Source: a virus
Lineage: Duplodnaviria; Heunggongvirae; Uroviricota; Caudoviricetes
Virus record (IMG/VR): IMGVR_UViG_3300013741_000048
Span: 1 to 5,061 of that record
DNA length: 5,061 bases
Reading direction: 5' to 3' (one strand)
Made by a program: the position numbers and the translations under genes. Of this stretch, positions 4,875 through 5,061 are shown one piece after another (within the stretch, counting starts at the first letter, position 1; every line of letters begins with the position of its first letter). The notes below the pieces were generated by a model that ran no database searches, was not told the origin of the DNA, and saw only the letters and a program-made list of their open reading frames with translations.

Positions 4875-5061
4875 AGGCTGAAGCATGGCGGGTCAGCAAA
4901 CTTGGTGAAATACCTGATATAACGTTCGAGGAAGCGTGTGTCAGGTGGCTTGAAGAGAAAGCACATAAAAAATCACTGGACGATGACAAAAGCCGGATCG
5001 GATTCTGGCTTCAACATTTCGCAGGAATGCAACTAAGAGACATTACTGAATCAAAAATTTA
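4751..5061 (+). CDS. int: Tyrosine integrase, P22/e14-type; N-terminal ~103 codons only, continues beyond window end
   Basis: ATG 4751 with GAGG at 4739-4742. The N-terminus [48 protein letters not shown]... is the characteristic arm-binding N-terminal domain of P22-family integrases (recalled). Frame is open to the last base. Confidence 0.92.
   Translation, partial: MSLFRRGEIWYASFTLPNGKRFKQSLGTKDKRQATELHDKLKAEAWRVSKLGEIPDITFEEACVRWLEEKAHKKSLDDDKSRIGFWLQHFAGMQLRDITESKI

Larger units (their letters stand above)
1..5061. mobile_element. Segment of an integrated lambdoid/P22-like prophage (early-left arm ending in xis-int); neither prophage boundary is inside the window
   Basis: Contains an overlapping excisionase-integrase pair at the right edge, preceded by a translationally coupled block of small phage early genes (TAATG/ATGA overlaps). 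Composition is mosaic. The att site is expected beyond the integrase, outside the window. Confidence 0.85.

Noticed and set aside
4660-4989. Minus-strand ORF (109 aa) antisense to the xis-int overlap
   Set aside because: Lies antisense to two well-supported genes; Ser-rich translation with no RBS.
1-5061. CRISPR array, tRNA/tmRNA or IS element
   Set aside because: No regularly spaced repeat array, no tRNA-like T-arm or acceptor features, and no transposase-like ORF or terminal inverted repeats of IS size were seen.

Overview
The window looks like the early-left arm of an integrated lambdoid/P22-like prophage from an enterobacterium. From about 1950 to the right edge, a tightly packed plus-strand operon reads yfdP-like, yfdQ-like, yfdR-like (HD-domain phosphohydrolase), yfdS-like, yfdT-like, then a P22-type excisionase overlapping the 5' end of a P22/e14-type tyrosine integrase that runs off the window. 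Gene names and Pfam families are recalled from memory, not searched. Left of this operon are two things the ORF track does not explain. (1) An AT-rich module (1-1481) oriented mostly against the operon: a long minus-strand reading frame absent from the ORF track (four tandem ADG[VI][VI]xxEExxL repeats ending in a BRCT-like motif, cut by an N-run), a 68-aa ORF with a strong RBS, and a convergent 144-aa gene. (2) A GC-rich, ORF-poor, heavily structured island of about 370 bp (1561-1930) holding small hairpins, an intrinsic-terminator-like hairpin and a perfect 15-bp inverted repeat. The AT-rich module is the best candidate for an undescribed accessory or defence cargo, but this rests on composition, orientation and motif reading alone. 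No tRNA, rRNA, CRISPR array or IS element was recognised.
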